From assembly GCF_963921235.1 (NCBI RefSeq), contig NC_086097.1, forward strand, positions 176,454,001-176,518,000: a stretch of DNA of 64,000 nt, written 5' to 3'. How positions within the stretch are numbered: the first letter of the stretch is position 1; every line of letters starts with the position of its first letter. A program made the translations under genes and the position numbers. The notes beneath the pieces were generated by a model, which did not search any database, was not told the DNA's origin, and was given only the letters and a program-made list of their open reading frames with translations. This stretch comes from Mobula hypostoma (Eukaryota). Positions 1-11,254 of the stretch are shown piece after piece.

Positions 1-87
1 AGAGGGATAATCAGCCATGATCAAATAGAGGAGCAGATTCGATGGGCTGAATGGCCTACTTCTGCTCCGATGTCTTATGATCTTATT
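1..87 (+). mobile_element. CR1 LINE 3' tail fragment
   Basis: cagccatgat...gatgggctgaatggcctacttctgctcc...tcttatgatctt is the same 3' tail that ends the CR1 RT copies at 6850, 15616, 28013 and 52246 (those are reverse-complemented). Confidence 0.75.
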
Positions 88-270
88 GGATAGAAGATGT
101 CCTTGAGCCTGGTGGCACATGCTTTCAGGATTTTGTATCTTTTGCCTGATGGAATGTAGGAGAAGAGAGAATGTTCAAGCTGGGTAAGATATTATTTTCT
201 CCTTTACCTAGGCAATGAGAAGCGTAGATAGTCTATGAATGGAGGCTGCTTTCCATGACATGGGCCACAT
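88..270 (-). mobile_element. Rex1/Babar-type LINE C-terminal fragment
   Basis: Minus strand reads PSGKRYKILKACATRLKD, the Rex1-type terminal motif (LPSGRRY..RTTR..NS). Confidence 0.6.
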
Positions 271-989
271 ACAGTGAAATAGGATTCGCTTGGGTGGGAG
301 CCTTTGTCGGCCTGGACAGCTGGCTGAAGGGTATGTTACTGTGCTGTATTGCTCCATGGCTCTATACTTCATCATTAGTCTCACTGGATGCTGATTCGTT
401 TCTTTCACCGAGCCCCTTGTACCCCTGTTCCATTTCACTCACTGAGGTCCTGGCTCCTGTACTCCCCTTGAGCTCCCCTGTTTTGTTTTCGTTGTGTTGT
501 TCAGAAACTTGCTGCTCTCACAGGAAAATTATATGTTCTACTGTGCTGCATCTAAAAAAATTTAAATTACAAGTGTGTTGGAATATTGATAAGGACACCA
601 TCCAGCAGTCTTGGATATCATTAAACCCTGACTATACCAGATTAACAAAGTTTTATTGTAGTTCCAGACAAGAAAATCTATACTCTCAATCCTAACAGAG
701 TTCCAGAAATCCTTCCCTGATATCCCATGTCTGTCAGAGCTCAATAAAAGCCATAATCAGAATCATGAGAATCAGAGTCAGATTTATTATCACTGGTATG
801 GCATGAAATTCGTTTTGTGACAGCAGTACAGTGCAGGTCTCCTGTTTGGAACATATTCCTGTTATAAAAACTGCCTCGAAGTTAAATGAAGTTGGAAGAT
901 AAGGTCTGTGAATTACCTCAGTATTGGCATTGGTTTATTATTGTCACATGTAAGAGACGCATGGAGGTTAATATACTAACCCGATCAAT

Positions 990-1435
990 GTAAAGCACGA
1001 TAGACAGCATTCTACCTGGATACAGAACGGCTTGGTATGCATGTGACAACAATAAACTGCAGAGAATTGTGGCCACAGCTAGCTCACCATGGAAACCAAT
1101 CTCCATTCCATAGGTTTTGTCTATATTCACAGCTTCTGCAAGCACATACTAGCAGACTCAAGGACAGCTTCTATCCCACTGTTATTAAATTCTTGAATGG
1201 ACATCTTGTACAATAAGATGAACTCTTGACCTCACGATCTACCCCATTGTGACTTTGCAATTTTTGTTTACCTTCACTACATTTTCTCTGTAGTTTTCGT
1301 ACTTTACTCTGCATTGTTAATTTTAACTTGTTCTCCTTCGATGTTCTGTATAATGATTTGATCTGTATGAACAGTGTGCAAGAAGCTTTTCACTTCATCT
1401 TTGTGCAAGTGACAATAATAAACTAATTCCAACAC
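990..1435 (+). mobile_element. Rex1/Babar-type LINE 3' fragment
   Basis: Decayed SIL.G..TAWY and RLKDSFYPTVI motifs followed by the family 3' UTR ending gacaataataaac. Confidence 0.6.
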
Positions 1436-1471
1436 CAATTCTTAATGAAATTTCAATACTCATTTAACATA

Positions 1472-1967
1472 CGAGGGGTGATTGATAAGTTCGTGGCCTA
1501 AGGTAGAAGGAGTCAATTGTAGAAAACCTAGCACATTTATCTTTCAACATAGTCCCCTCCTACATTTACACACTTAGTCCAGCGGTCGTGGAGCATACGG
1601 ATCCCTTCTTTGTGGAAGTCAGCATCTCCACAACAGGGATGATTGATAAATTTGCAGCCTAAGGTAGCAAGAGATGCGATTAACTTAAAGTTTTCTGCAT
1701 AATCACTCAAAGAGTTGGACTGCACGTACATGAAACGAGAGCTGTATAACTCATCTCCTTCTATCTTAGGCCATGAACTTATCAATCACCCCATGCTGTG
1801 GACCACTTCCAAGATGCTGACTTCTACAAAGAAGGGATCCGTATGCTCCACGACCGCTGGACTATGTGTGTAAATGTAGGAGGGGACTATGTTGAAAGAT
1901 AAATGTGCTAGGTTTTCTAAAATTGACTCCTTCCACCTTAGGCCACAAACTTATCAATCACCCCTCG
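1472..1967. mobile_element. Palindromic non-autonomous mariner element (MITE)
   Basis: TA flanks at 1470-1471 and 1968-1969; ends CGAGGGGTGATTGATAAGTT / AACTTATCAATCACCCCTCG; 156-bp inverted arms (1472-1627, 1812-1967), each encoding the mariner transposase C-terminus DADF.KEGIRMLHDRWT.CVNVGGDYVER. Confidence 0.92.
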
Positions 1968-2157
1968 TATATCTCTGTGTTAATTTGTAATGGACACAGA
2001 ATTATATATATACACATTAAAATAGAAAAAGGAGGAACTTCAGCACAACAAAGATTCTAGCATCCATTTCCATTACGGTTGGTCTAACTTTTGCTTTGTA
2101 GGCTCTGTATAACACATTGTTATCCACTAGAGTCAGGTGTCATTTGTGGAGAGAAAA

Positions 2158-4710
2158 TAAAAGTTCAAAGAAATTTTATTATCAAAGTGCATAAATGTAA
2201 CCATTTACAACCCTGCAGTTCATTTCCTTGTGGCCATACTCAACAAATATATATAATAATAACCATAACAGAATCAATGAAAGGACTCCAACTTGAGCAT
2301 TTAACTGGAGTGCAGAAGGCAACATACTGTACAAATAAAAATAAATAAATAATCAATAGATATCAAGAACATAACATAGAAGCATAGAAAACCTACAGCA
2401 CAATACAGGCCCTTCGGCCCACAAAGCTGTGCTGAACATGTTCCTACCTTAGAACTACCTAGGCTTACCCATAGCCCTCTGTTTTTCTAAGCTCCATGTA
2501 GCCATCCAGGAGTCTCTTAAAAGACCCTATCGTTTCTGCCTCCACCGCCACTGCTGGCAGCCCATTCCACGCACTCAACACTCCCTGCATAACAAATTTA
2601 CCCATGACATCTCCTCTGTACCTACTTTCAAGCACCTTAAAACTACACCTCTATCAGGTCACCTCACATCCTCTGCCGCACCAAGGAGAGAAGGCCAAGA
2701 TCACTCAACCTATTCTCATAAGGCATGCTCCCCAATCCAGGCAACATCCTTGTAAATCTCCTCTGCACCCTTTCTATGGTTTCCACGTCCTTCCTGTAGT
2801 GAGGTGACCAGAATTGAGCACAGTCCTCCAAGTGGGGTCTGACCAGGGTCCTATTTAGCTGCAAGATCAAGAGTTTTTGAAAGTGAGATCATTGGTTGTG
2901 GGAATACTTCAATGATTGGACAAGTGAAGCTGAGTGAAGCCCTCTGTTTCAAGAACCTAATGGTTGAGGGATAGTAACTATTCCTGAACCTGGTGCTGTG
3001 AGTTTTGAGGCAATTGTACCTTCTTCCTGATGGCAGGAATAAGAAGAGGATAGCCCCTGGGTGATGGAGTTCCCTGATGGTGGATGGTGCTTTCCTGTGA
3101 CAGCATTTCATGTAGATGTGCTCAATGGGTGGGAGGGCTTTACTGTGATGGACTGGGCTGTATCCATTACTTTTTGTAGGATTTTCCATTCAAGGATATT
3201 CATGTTTGATTTGGCCTACGACAGTGGTGTAATCAGCAAACTTGAATATGGTATTGGAGCTGTGCTTAGCCACACAGTCATAAGCGTAAAGCAAGTAGAG
3301 CGGGGGCTAAGCACACAGCCTTGTGGTGTACCTGTGCTGATGGAGATTGTGGAGGAACTGACTGGGGTTTGCAAGTGCGGAAATAGAAGATCCTATCTCA
3401 CAAGAAAGTATGGAGGACATGGTCTAAGAGCTTATTAATTAGTATTGAGGGGATGATGGTATTCGATGTTGAGCTGTAGTCAATAAAGAACATCTGATGT
3501 ATGCACCTTTCCTGTCCAGAGGTTCCAGGGTTGAGTGAAGAGTCAATGAAATGGCATCTGCTGTGGACCTGTTGCTCTGGTAGGCAAATTGGAGCAGATT
3601 CAAGCCACCTCTCAGGTAGGAGCTGATATGTTGCATCACCATCCTCTCAAAACACTTCACAGTAGATGCAAGTGCTACTGGGCAATAGACACTGAGGCAG
3701 GTCACCACACTGTGACTGAATCCTGCTTGAATCAGGTGAGTACCACACACTGTTGAAGCAAGAGATTAAAAATCTCAGTGAACACACCAGCTAGTTGATC
3801 AGCACAGGTCTTTAGTACTTGGACAAATACCCCACCTCGGCCAGATGATTTTCGTGGGTTCACCCTCCTAGGGGTTGCTTGCACGTCAGCCTCAGACTCA
3901 AATCATAGGATCATTGGGGGATGTGGGAGATCATAATGCTTCCATGTTTTGACAGTCAAAGCAATCATAGAAGGCATTGAGCTCATCTGGAAGTGAAGCC
4001 CTGCTGTTCCCTATGTCACTTGATTTAACTTCAAGAGGTGATAGTATTCAAGCCCTGGCACAGCAGTTGAGCATCCTTCAGTGATTCAGATTTAGTCTGG
4101 AATTGCCATTTCAGCCATGAGATAGCTTTCTAGAGGTCGTACCTGGACCTCTTGTAACTTTCTTGTCACCAGACTTGAATGCCTCTTATTTGGCTGTCAG
4201 CAAATTGCGGATCTCACCGTTGGTCTTGGGGTTCTGACTGAAGTAGACTCTGGATGATTTTGCGAGGACTCACTTGTTTACAATGGTTTTAATGAAGTTC
4301 ATTATAATCATGATGTATTCATTCAGATCCACAGGTGAGTCCTTGAACATGGCCCAGTTCATCCAAGCAATCCCATAACCTGCTCGTCTGCCTCCCGCGA
4401 CCACCTCTTTGTTGTCCTAATCTCTGGCGCTTTGCTCCTTAGTGTCTGCTTGTATGCAGGGAAGAGAAGGGCAGCCAAGTAATCTGATTTACCGAAATGC
4501 GGTCTGGGCTTGGAACGGTAGGCATTCCTTATCTTAGGATAACAGTGGTCAATTGTGTTGGGTACTCTGATGCTACAGGTTATACGCTGATAGTAATTGG
4601 GCAGGGATTTCTTCAAACAAGCCTGGATGAAGTCCCCAACTATGAATTGAAACGTGTCGCGATGGACTGTTTCTTGTTTGGAGCTGGCATCATGCAGTAT
4701 CTCAAACCAT
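2158..4710 (-). mobile_element. Rex1/Babar-type LINE, internally deleted (endonuclease, RT and 3' UTR), interrupted by a CR1
   Basis: ORF 4359-4751 (IVGDF..ACLKKSLPNYYQ..NTIDHCY..PHFGKSD = APE endonuclease); ORF 3439-3750 (PVALASTVKCFER..QFAYQSNRSTADAI = RT); ORF 2851-3189 (LPSGRRY..TRFRNSYYP). Confidence 0.85.
2368..2865 (-). mobile_element. 5'-truncated CR1 LINE inserted in the Rex1 3' UTR
   Basis: ORF 2664-2870 LVRPHLEDCAQFWSPHYRKDVETIERVQRRFTRMLPG; (tctatg)n-type tail; small internal deletion near 2645. Confidence 0.9.
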
Positions 4711-4899
4711 TCATGTTTCACATGCAAACCTTTCAAAAGAACTTCATACACTTCTGCTCTGGAAAGAAATTGAGCCAGAATGAAGAGTTGGTTCAGCTTA
4801 ATTATTCTAGATCTTCAAAAGAGCAAGGATTTAAGAAATCACAGCCTCACTCTATTGAAGAATCATCATCTGCTATTGAACATTTAAAGCAAAAATCTA

Positions 4900-5482
4900 C
4901 TGCGAAATTTTCTCTGAAGAAGGCTTTTGACATGTTGGACTACATCAATCAAGTGAAGGAGTTGGGTCTTAATGTTGCAGTGGTACAAGACAACCCTACT
5001 GTTGGAAAGATGCCAGTAAACTGGAAAGAAAAGAGAGGAGATTTATGGGGATGTTTCGGGACTTGAGTGAATGAATTATGGAGCGATTGAGCAAGTTCAT
5101 ACATTTTTCATTGGAGAGTCGAGAATGAAGGGCAATATTATAGATATGTCAAGATAAAATCATGAGAGGCATAGATCAGGTGAATTATCATTATTTTCCC
5201 CCAGAGTTGGGAAATCAAGAACAGGAGGGCATAAATTTAATGTGAGGGGAGATATTTAATAAGAACATGAGAGGCAATTTTTATACCAGAGGGTGTTCAG
5301 TATATGGAATGAGCTGCCAGAAGTAGTGTTTGAGGCAGTACCTCAACATCATAAAAAAACAGTTGAAGTGGAAAGGTTCAGGGGCTTAAGGGCCAAATAT
5401 GAGCAACTAGGGCTAGCTTAGGCAGGCATTTTGGTTGGCATGGACCAGTTAGACAGTAGGCCCTATTTCCATTCTGTATGAC
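4900..5482 (+). mobile_element. Old CR1 3' fragment
   Basis: Degenerate CR1 ORF2 C-terminus and 3' tail (..ttggcatggaccagttag..ccattctgtatgact). Confidence 0.65.
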
Positions 5483-6164
5483 TAATTTGTCCTAGTTCTG
5501 ATTACAGTTCACCCACTTGAAGCATTAGTTCTGTTCCTCACCCAACAAACACTACCTGACCCATTAACCTTTTACAGTATGTCAATGTACATTAAGGGAA
5601 ATTATTTCTTGGCATCTACCCAGTCAAGTCTTTGACTCAGACTCAGATCTGAAGCAGTATGAGTCTAAAGATCAGCAGCTAGCAAGACAGTTGCCCCAAA
5701 GGTTTTGTTCCTGAACTTGGGGAAACTCACATGAGTAACCTTCACACTTGAGTTACAACACACTGCTCATACAGCTGAAGTCAATGTGAATAGTCAGGAA
5801 TAACTCATGGAAAAGAAGTGAATAAGTAACCTGGTAATTATTCATAGAGCTAACTTCCCCCGAGGCAGAGCAATCTGTTTCAGTTGATTAAACAAATGTA
5901 GCTTTAATGGCAGGCTTGAAATGAACATGTGGCTTAGGTCTGTAGATTGTGGAGGTGGAGAGATGGAATTGTTTATTTCTTATAAACAGTTGATTTGTTT
6001 TATGTCTTTTATATTAACTTCAATCTTGCACTGAAGGGAAAATGTATGTTTTTTACCTTGATCGAAGACCAACACTCTGGGGTATAATATTCCAGCAGTA
6101 GGCACATGTTGCCTGCCAGGTCTTGCACCAGTCTTCTTCGGTTTGTTTTTACATTGGCTATCTT

Positions 6165-6312
6165 CCCGCCGTCTTTCAGACCAGATGAAGGGTTTTGTGT
6201 TGAAATGTCAACTCTCTATTTTCCACCACTGATGCTATTTGATCTATCAAGCGCCTCCAACGATTTTGTGTGCTGCTCCTGATTCCAGTATCTGCAGACT
6301 TTTGTGTCTCTG
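6165..6312 (+). mobile_element. Penelope-like pseudo-LTR fragment with decayed hammerhead
   Basis: ccagatgaagggttttgtgttgaaatgtcaact..gatgct..ccagtatctgcagac matches the pLTR at 57595-57730. Confidence 0.7.
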
Positions 6313-6414
6313 TAGATCAGAAATTATACTTTTTAAATTACTTGATCTACCCATGGGAGAACTTTACCATCTTAGGTTTTAGATGTCCATAATTTTAGAG
6401 ATACTGCTACATTG

Positions 6415-6760
6415 TCAAGTTTATTGTCATGTGCACAGGCACAGAGAGGCACAGGTACAATGAAAACCTTGCTTACAGCAACATCACAGGTACATAGGTA
6501 CGGACAACACACAGAAAGTGCATACTTTAAAGAGGACAGTCAGGAATAAAAGACTGCAAAACAGGATATTAGTGCAAAAATTCATCGAAGACAGGCCCAC
6601 AGTAATGCTTTGGTGTTCATTGCTCATGTAGGAATAGGATAGTGCAGGTCTGTCCAAGAACCTGATGGGTGTTGGTAGCACTGAGAAAGGGACAGGCCCT
6701 GATTTGTGGGGATCCTTGATGATGCTTGACACCTTCTTAGTGCAGTGCCTCCGAAGAACC
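6415..6760 (-). mobile_element. Rex1-type LINE 3' fragment
   Basis: ORF 6484-6732 SSIIKDPH..GP..FS.LP..IRFLD plus 3' UTR. Confidence 0.65.
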
Positions 6761-6849
6761 TACTTCTATGCTGTATGTCTTTGACTCTATAGTACGGTCT
6801 TAGCACAGAAGTAGAATGAATATGGCTCTGAATCATTGAATCTATAATA

Positions 6850-8035
6850 CCAAAAGACATAGGAGCGGAATTAGGCCATTCAGCCCATTGAGTCTGCTCT
6901 ACTGTTCTGTCATGGCTGATTTATTATACCTCTCAACTTCATTCTCCTGCATTCTCCTCATAACCTTTGACTCCCTTACTAATCGAGAACATATTATTCT
7001 CTGCTTTAAATGTACCCAATAACTTAGCCTTTACAGCCGTCTGTGGTAATGAATTCCCCAAGTTCACCATCTTCTGACTAAAAAAATTCTTCCTCATCTC
7101 TGTGCCAAAATGGACGTCCTTCTGTTCTGAGGAAATAAACTCTCTACAGCCATTCTATCTAGGCCATTCAATATTCGATAGATTTCAATTATATCCTCCC
7201 TCATTCTTTTAAACTCCAGTGAGTACAGGTCAAAAGACATCAAACATTCCTCACACTTTAACCCTTTCATTCCTGGAAACATTCTCGTGAACCTCATCTG
7301 GGCCCTCTCCAATGCCAGCACATCTTTTCTCAGATAAGGGGCCCAAAACTGCTCACAGCATTATGGAGTCATGCAGGATGGAAACAGATCTTTTTGCCAG
7401 CATTTGGCACACATTCCTCTAAAGCAAGGGTGCCTGCCTTTTTTGTACAATCAACTGAGTCCATGGACCCCAGGCTGGAACCCCCGCTCTAAAGCTCTTT
7501 CCTATCCCTGTACCAGTCCAAGTGCCATTTAAATATTGTTAATGTACCTGCCTCAACCACTTCCTCGGGTAGTTTATTCCATACAGAGACCACTCTCAAG
7601 GTGAAAAAGTTGCCCTCGGGTTCCTATTAAAACTCTCCACTCTCATCTTAAATCTACATCCTTATTCTTGATTCTCCATCACTGGGAAAAACACTGTGCA
7701 CATTCATGCTGTCTATTCTTCTCATAATTTTGTAAACCTCTATAAGATCACTTCTCACTCTCCTTTGCCCGATGAATAAAACCCAACTTGCTCATCCTAT
7801 CTCTGTAAGTCAGTCCCACAAATCCCAGCAATATTGTCATAAATCTCCTCTTTCCTACAGCAGGTTGATAAAAGTTAAGACAATATCCCAAATGCGGACT
7901 CTCCAATGTTTTGTACAATTGCTACGTAACGTCCAGGCTTCTATATTCCTTGCTCTTGACTGCTGAGGTCCTGCGTGCCGAAAGCCTTCTCTACCACCCT
8001 GCCTACCTAAGTGACCACATTTTGAGAACCATGTA
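6850..8035 (-). mobile_element. Two adjacent CR1 3' fragments (approx. 6850-7360 and 7360-8035)
   Basis: ORF 7094-7321 LALERAQMRFTRMFPGMKGL..LYSLEFKRMREDIIE; CR1 tails. Confidence 0.8.
7425..7486. mobile_element. Tiny hAT (Charlie-type) MITE
   Basis: Exact 8-bp TSD CTCTAAAG at 7417-7424 and 7487-7494; degenerate TIRs caagggtgcctgcct / aggctggaacccccg. Confidence 0.8.
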
Positions 8036-8374
8036 TCAATCAACGATAGTGAAGAGAAATTGCAGCTGAGAGAAATAAAACAACCATATTCCCTGAATGG
8101 ATTAAGGCTCACTGAAAGAGAAGCTACAGAAATGATGAGGTAGAAAAGAGGAAAATTCCCTTAAAATTATGACTGAAGATGGTAGAAGTGATTTACAAAG
8201 AACACATAAGTTAGAACAGTGTAGCAGAGTATGGGCTTCACTGTAAACGAAACTCAGTGATCCTGCTCATCTGATGAACAGATAATGGACCTGGCGAGAA
8301 CATTGGGAGGAGAGACCCATTGGGTGACTGGGGGTGGAGTGTAGGAGGATAAACACCGAGTTCATTTTAATTTA

Positions 8375-8590
8375 CTTTTATTTAGTGATACAGCATTGTC
8401 TGGCCTATTGAGCCTGTGCTACACAATTAACCCCAGGTGACCACTTAACCTACCAACTCATGTCTTTGGAGGGCACTGAATCACCTGATGGAAACCTGTG
8501 ATGGTACAAGGAGAATATATAAACTCCTTGCAGTCAGTGGCAGAGTTAAGCTCAGGCCACTGACACCAATAATGTTACACTAATCAGATC
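8375..8590 (-). mobile_element. tRNA-derived V-SINE (HE1-like), decayed
   Basis: Reverse complement contains the V-domain-like ggagtt..ttctcc..ggtttcc..ttc..ccctccaaagacat. Confidence 0.6.
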
Positions 8591-9890
8591 CTCCACCATT
8601 TTTATATGTTGCTCCAGTCTCTTGAGTCTCCACTGATATTGACACTAATGTGGACCTGCTGTTTTGTGGGGAGGAATGGCTGACTGACCATTTCCCTCCA
8701 TAGCTGCTGCCCGACCTGCTGAGAGCCCCTGCATTTTCAGCAGGTTTTGTTCACGCTAGGTTTCCAACATCTGGAGCTCTTTGCTTTTCAGTAGCTCGTG
8801 TCTCATTTGTTCACTGGGACAAGGTTATTTTCCAAAATCCTGGCTGAGTACTGAATGGAGTTTGCACAAAGCAACTTCCTTAAACACTTAATAAGGATGA
8901 ACGACATTCATTACAAAAGCACAGATTTGCTCAGTATATTAAAATATAATTAAAGTCTACATGAATAATACTGCAATTCACTGTTAGAATTATAGTGATA
9001 CCAAAACTAATGATACAATTATGTTTATACAACTTATTGTGGTTACTGGTGCATATTGTAGCATAAATTAGCTTTTGTGCAACTGAAGTAACTTACATTT
9101 CAATATTCCAGGACACACTGAGGCTCTTACCAGCCGAATTAGAATGGGAAAATAAGTGGCAGATGGAATATTATATAGGGATGTATATGGTCATGCACTT
9201 TTGCAGATGGGGATAAAAGTGTATACTATTTTCTGAATGCAGCGCAAATTCAGAAATTGGAGGTGAAAAAGGAGTTGGGAACCCTCGTGCAGGACTCCCT
9301 AAATATTGACTTACAGATCGAGTTGGTAGTAAGGAAGGCAAATGCAATTTTAGCATTCATTTTGAGAGGACTAGAATAAAAAAGCAAGGACGTAATGCTA
9401 AGGATTTAGAAGACATTGCTCATTTGGAGTATTGTGGGCATGGAGGCATCTTCACAAATTCCCACAGCCCCTGACCACCCTATGATTTCAGTCTCTGAAG
9501 CCGGAATGAGAGCATCCTTCAGGAGGATGAACCCATGGTGAACCCCTCTGGTCCAGACAGGGTACCTGGCTGAGTACTGAAGACCTGTGCTGATCATCTG
9601 CCTGGAATGTCCACTGGTATCTCTAACCTCTTGCAAAGGCAGTCAACTGCTTCAAGCTGGCGTCAGTTTCACCAGTGCCAAAGAAGAATGTTGCAACCTG
9701 TCTCAATGACAATAACACTTACACACACTCTGATGAAGTGATTTGAGAGGTTGGAGATAAAACATACAGTATCAATTCATGCCTGAAGATTGACTTGGAT
9801 CCACTGTCACAACAGGTCAACAGTAGGTGCCGTTTCATTGGCTCTTCACTCAACCCTGGAACATCTGGACGGTGAAGATCAGGGTGCCCT

Positions 9891-11254
9891 TAGAAACATA
9901 GACATAGAACGTAGAAACATGGAAAACCTTCAGCACAATACAGGCCCTTCAGCCCACAAAGCTGTGCCAAACATGTCCTTACATGAGAAACTACCTAGGG
10001 TTACCCATAGCCCTTTATTTTTCTGAGCTCCATATACCTGTCCAGGAGTCTCTTAAAAGACCCTATTGTATTCGTCTCCTCCACCGTCACTGGCAGCCCA
10101 TTCCACGCACTCACCACACTCTGCATAAAAAAATCACCCCTGATATCTCTTCTGTACATACTTCCAAGCACCTTAAAACTGTGCCCTCTCGTGTTAGCCA
10201 TTTCAACCCTGGGAAAAAGCCTCTGACTATCCACACAATCAATGCCTCTCATCATCTTATACACCTCTATCAGGTCACCTCTCATCCTCTGTTGCTCCAA
10301 GGAGAAAAGGCTGAGTTCACTCAACCTATTCTCATAAGGCATGCTCCCCAATCCATGCAACATCCTTGTAAATCTCCTCTGCACCCTTTCAATGGTTTCC
10401 ACATCCTTCCTACAGTGAGGCGACAAGAACTGAGCACAGTACTCCAAGTGGGGTCTGACCAGGGTCCTATATAGCTGCAACATTACCACTCGGCACCTAA
10501 ACTCAAACCCACAATTGATGAAGGCCAATACACCGTATTTTTTCTTAACCACAGAGTGAACTTGCGCAGCAGCCTTGAGTGTCCTATGAACTCGGACCCC
10601 AAGAGCCTTCGATCCTCCACACTGCCAAGAGTCTTACCATTAATACTATATTCTGCCATCATATTTGACCTACCAAAATGAACCACCTCACACTTACCTG
10701 AGTTGAACTCCATCTGCCACCTCTCAGCCCATTTTTGTATGGTATCAATCTCCCACAGTAAACTCTGGCAGCCCTCTACACTATCCACAGCACCTCCAAC
10801 CTTGTGACATCGGCAAATTTACTAACCCGTCCCTCCACCTCTTCATCCAGGTCATTTATAAAAACCATGAAGAGTAGGGGTCCCAGAACAGATCCCTGAG
10901 GCACACCACTGGTGACCGACCTCCATGCGAAATATGACCCGTCTACAACCATTCTTTGCCTTCTGTAGGCGAGCCAGTTCTGGATCCACAAAGAAATGTC
11001 CCCTTGGATCCCATACCTCCTTACTTTCTGAATAAGCCTTGCATGGGGTACCTTGTCAAATGCCTTGCTGAAATCCATATACGCTACATCTACTGCTCTA
11101 CCATTATCCATGTGTTTAGTCACATTCTCAAAAAATTCAATCAGGCTTGTAAGGCATGACCTGCCTTTGACAAAGCGATGCTGAATATTGCTAATCATAT
11201 TATGCCTCTCTAAATGTTTATAAATCCTGCCTCTCAGGATCTCCTCCATCAACT
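9891..11254 (-). mobile_element. Young 5'-truncated CR1 LINE (RT and 3' end)
   Basis: ORFs 10776-11252 ([45 protein letters not shown]), 10483-10788 and 10001-10552; intact 3' tail. Confidence 0.95.

Noticed and set aside
255..695. 146-aa plus-strand ORF
   Set aside because: Starts in Rex1 and CR1 tail sequence, low-complexity Leu/Ser composition, no recognisable domain
4497..5066. 189-aa plus-strand ORF
   Set aside because: First third is antisense Rex1 endonuclease and the end is decayed CR1; no coherent product
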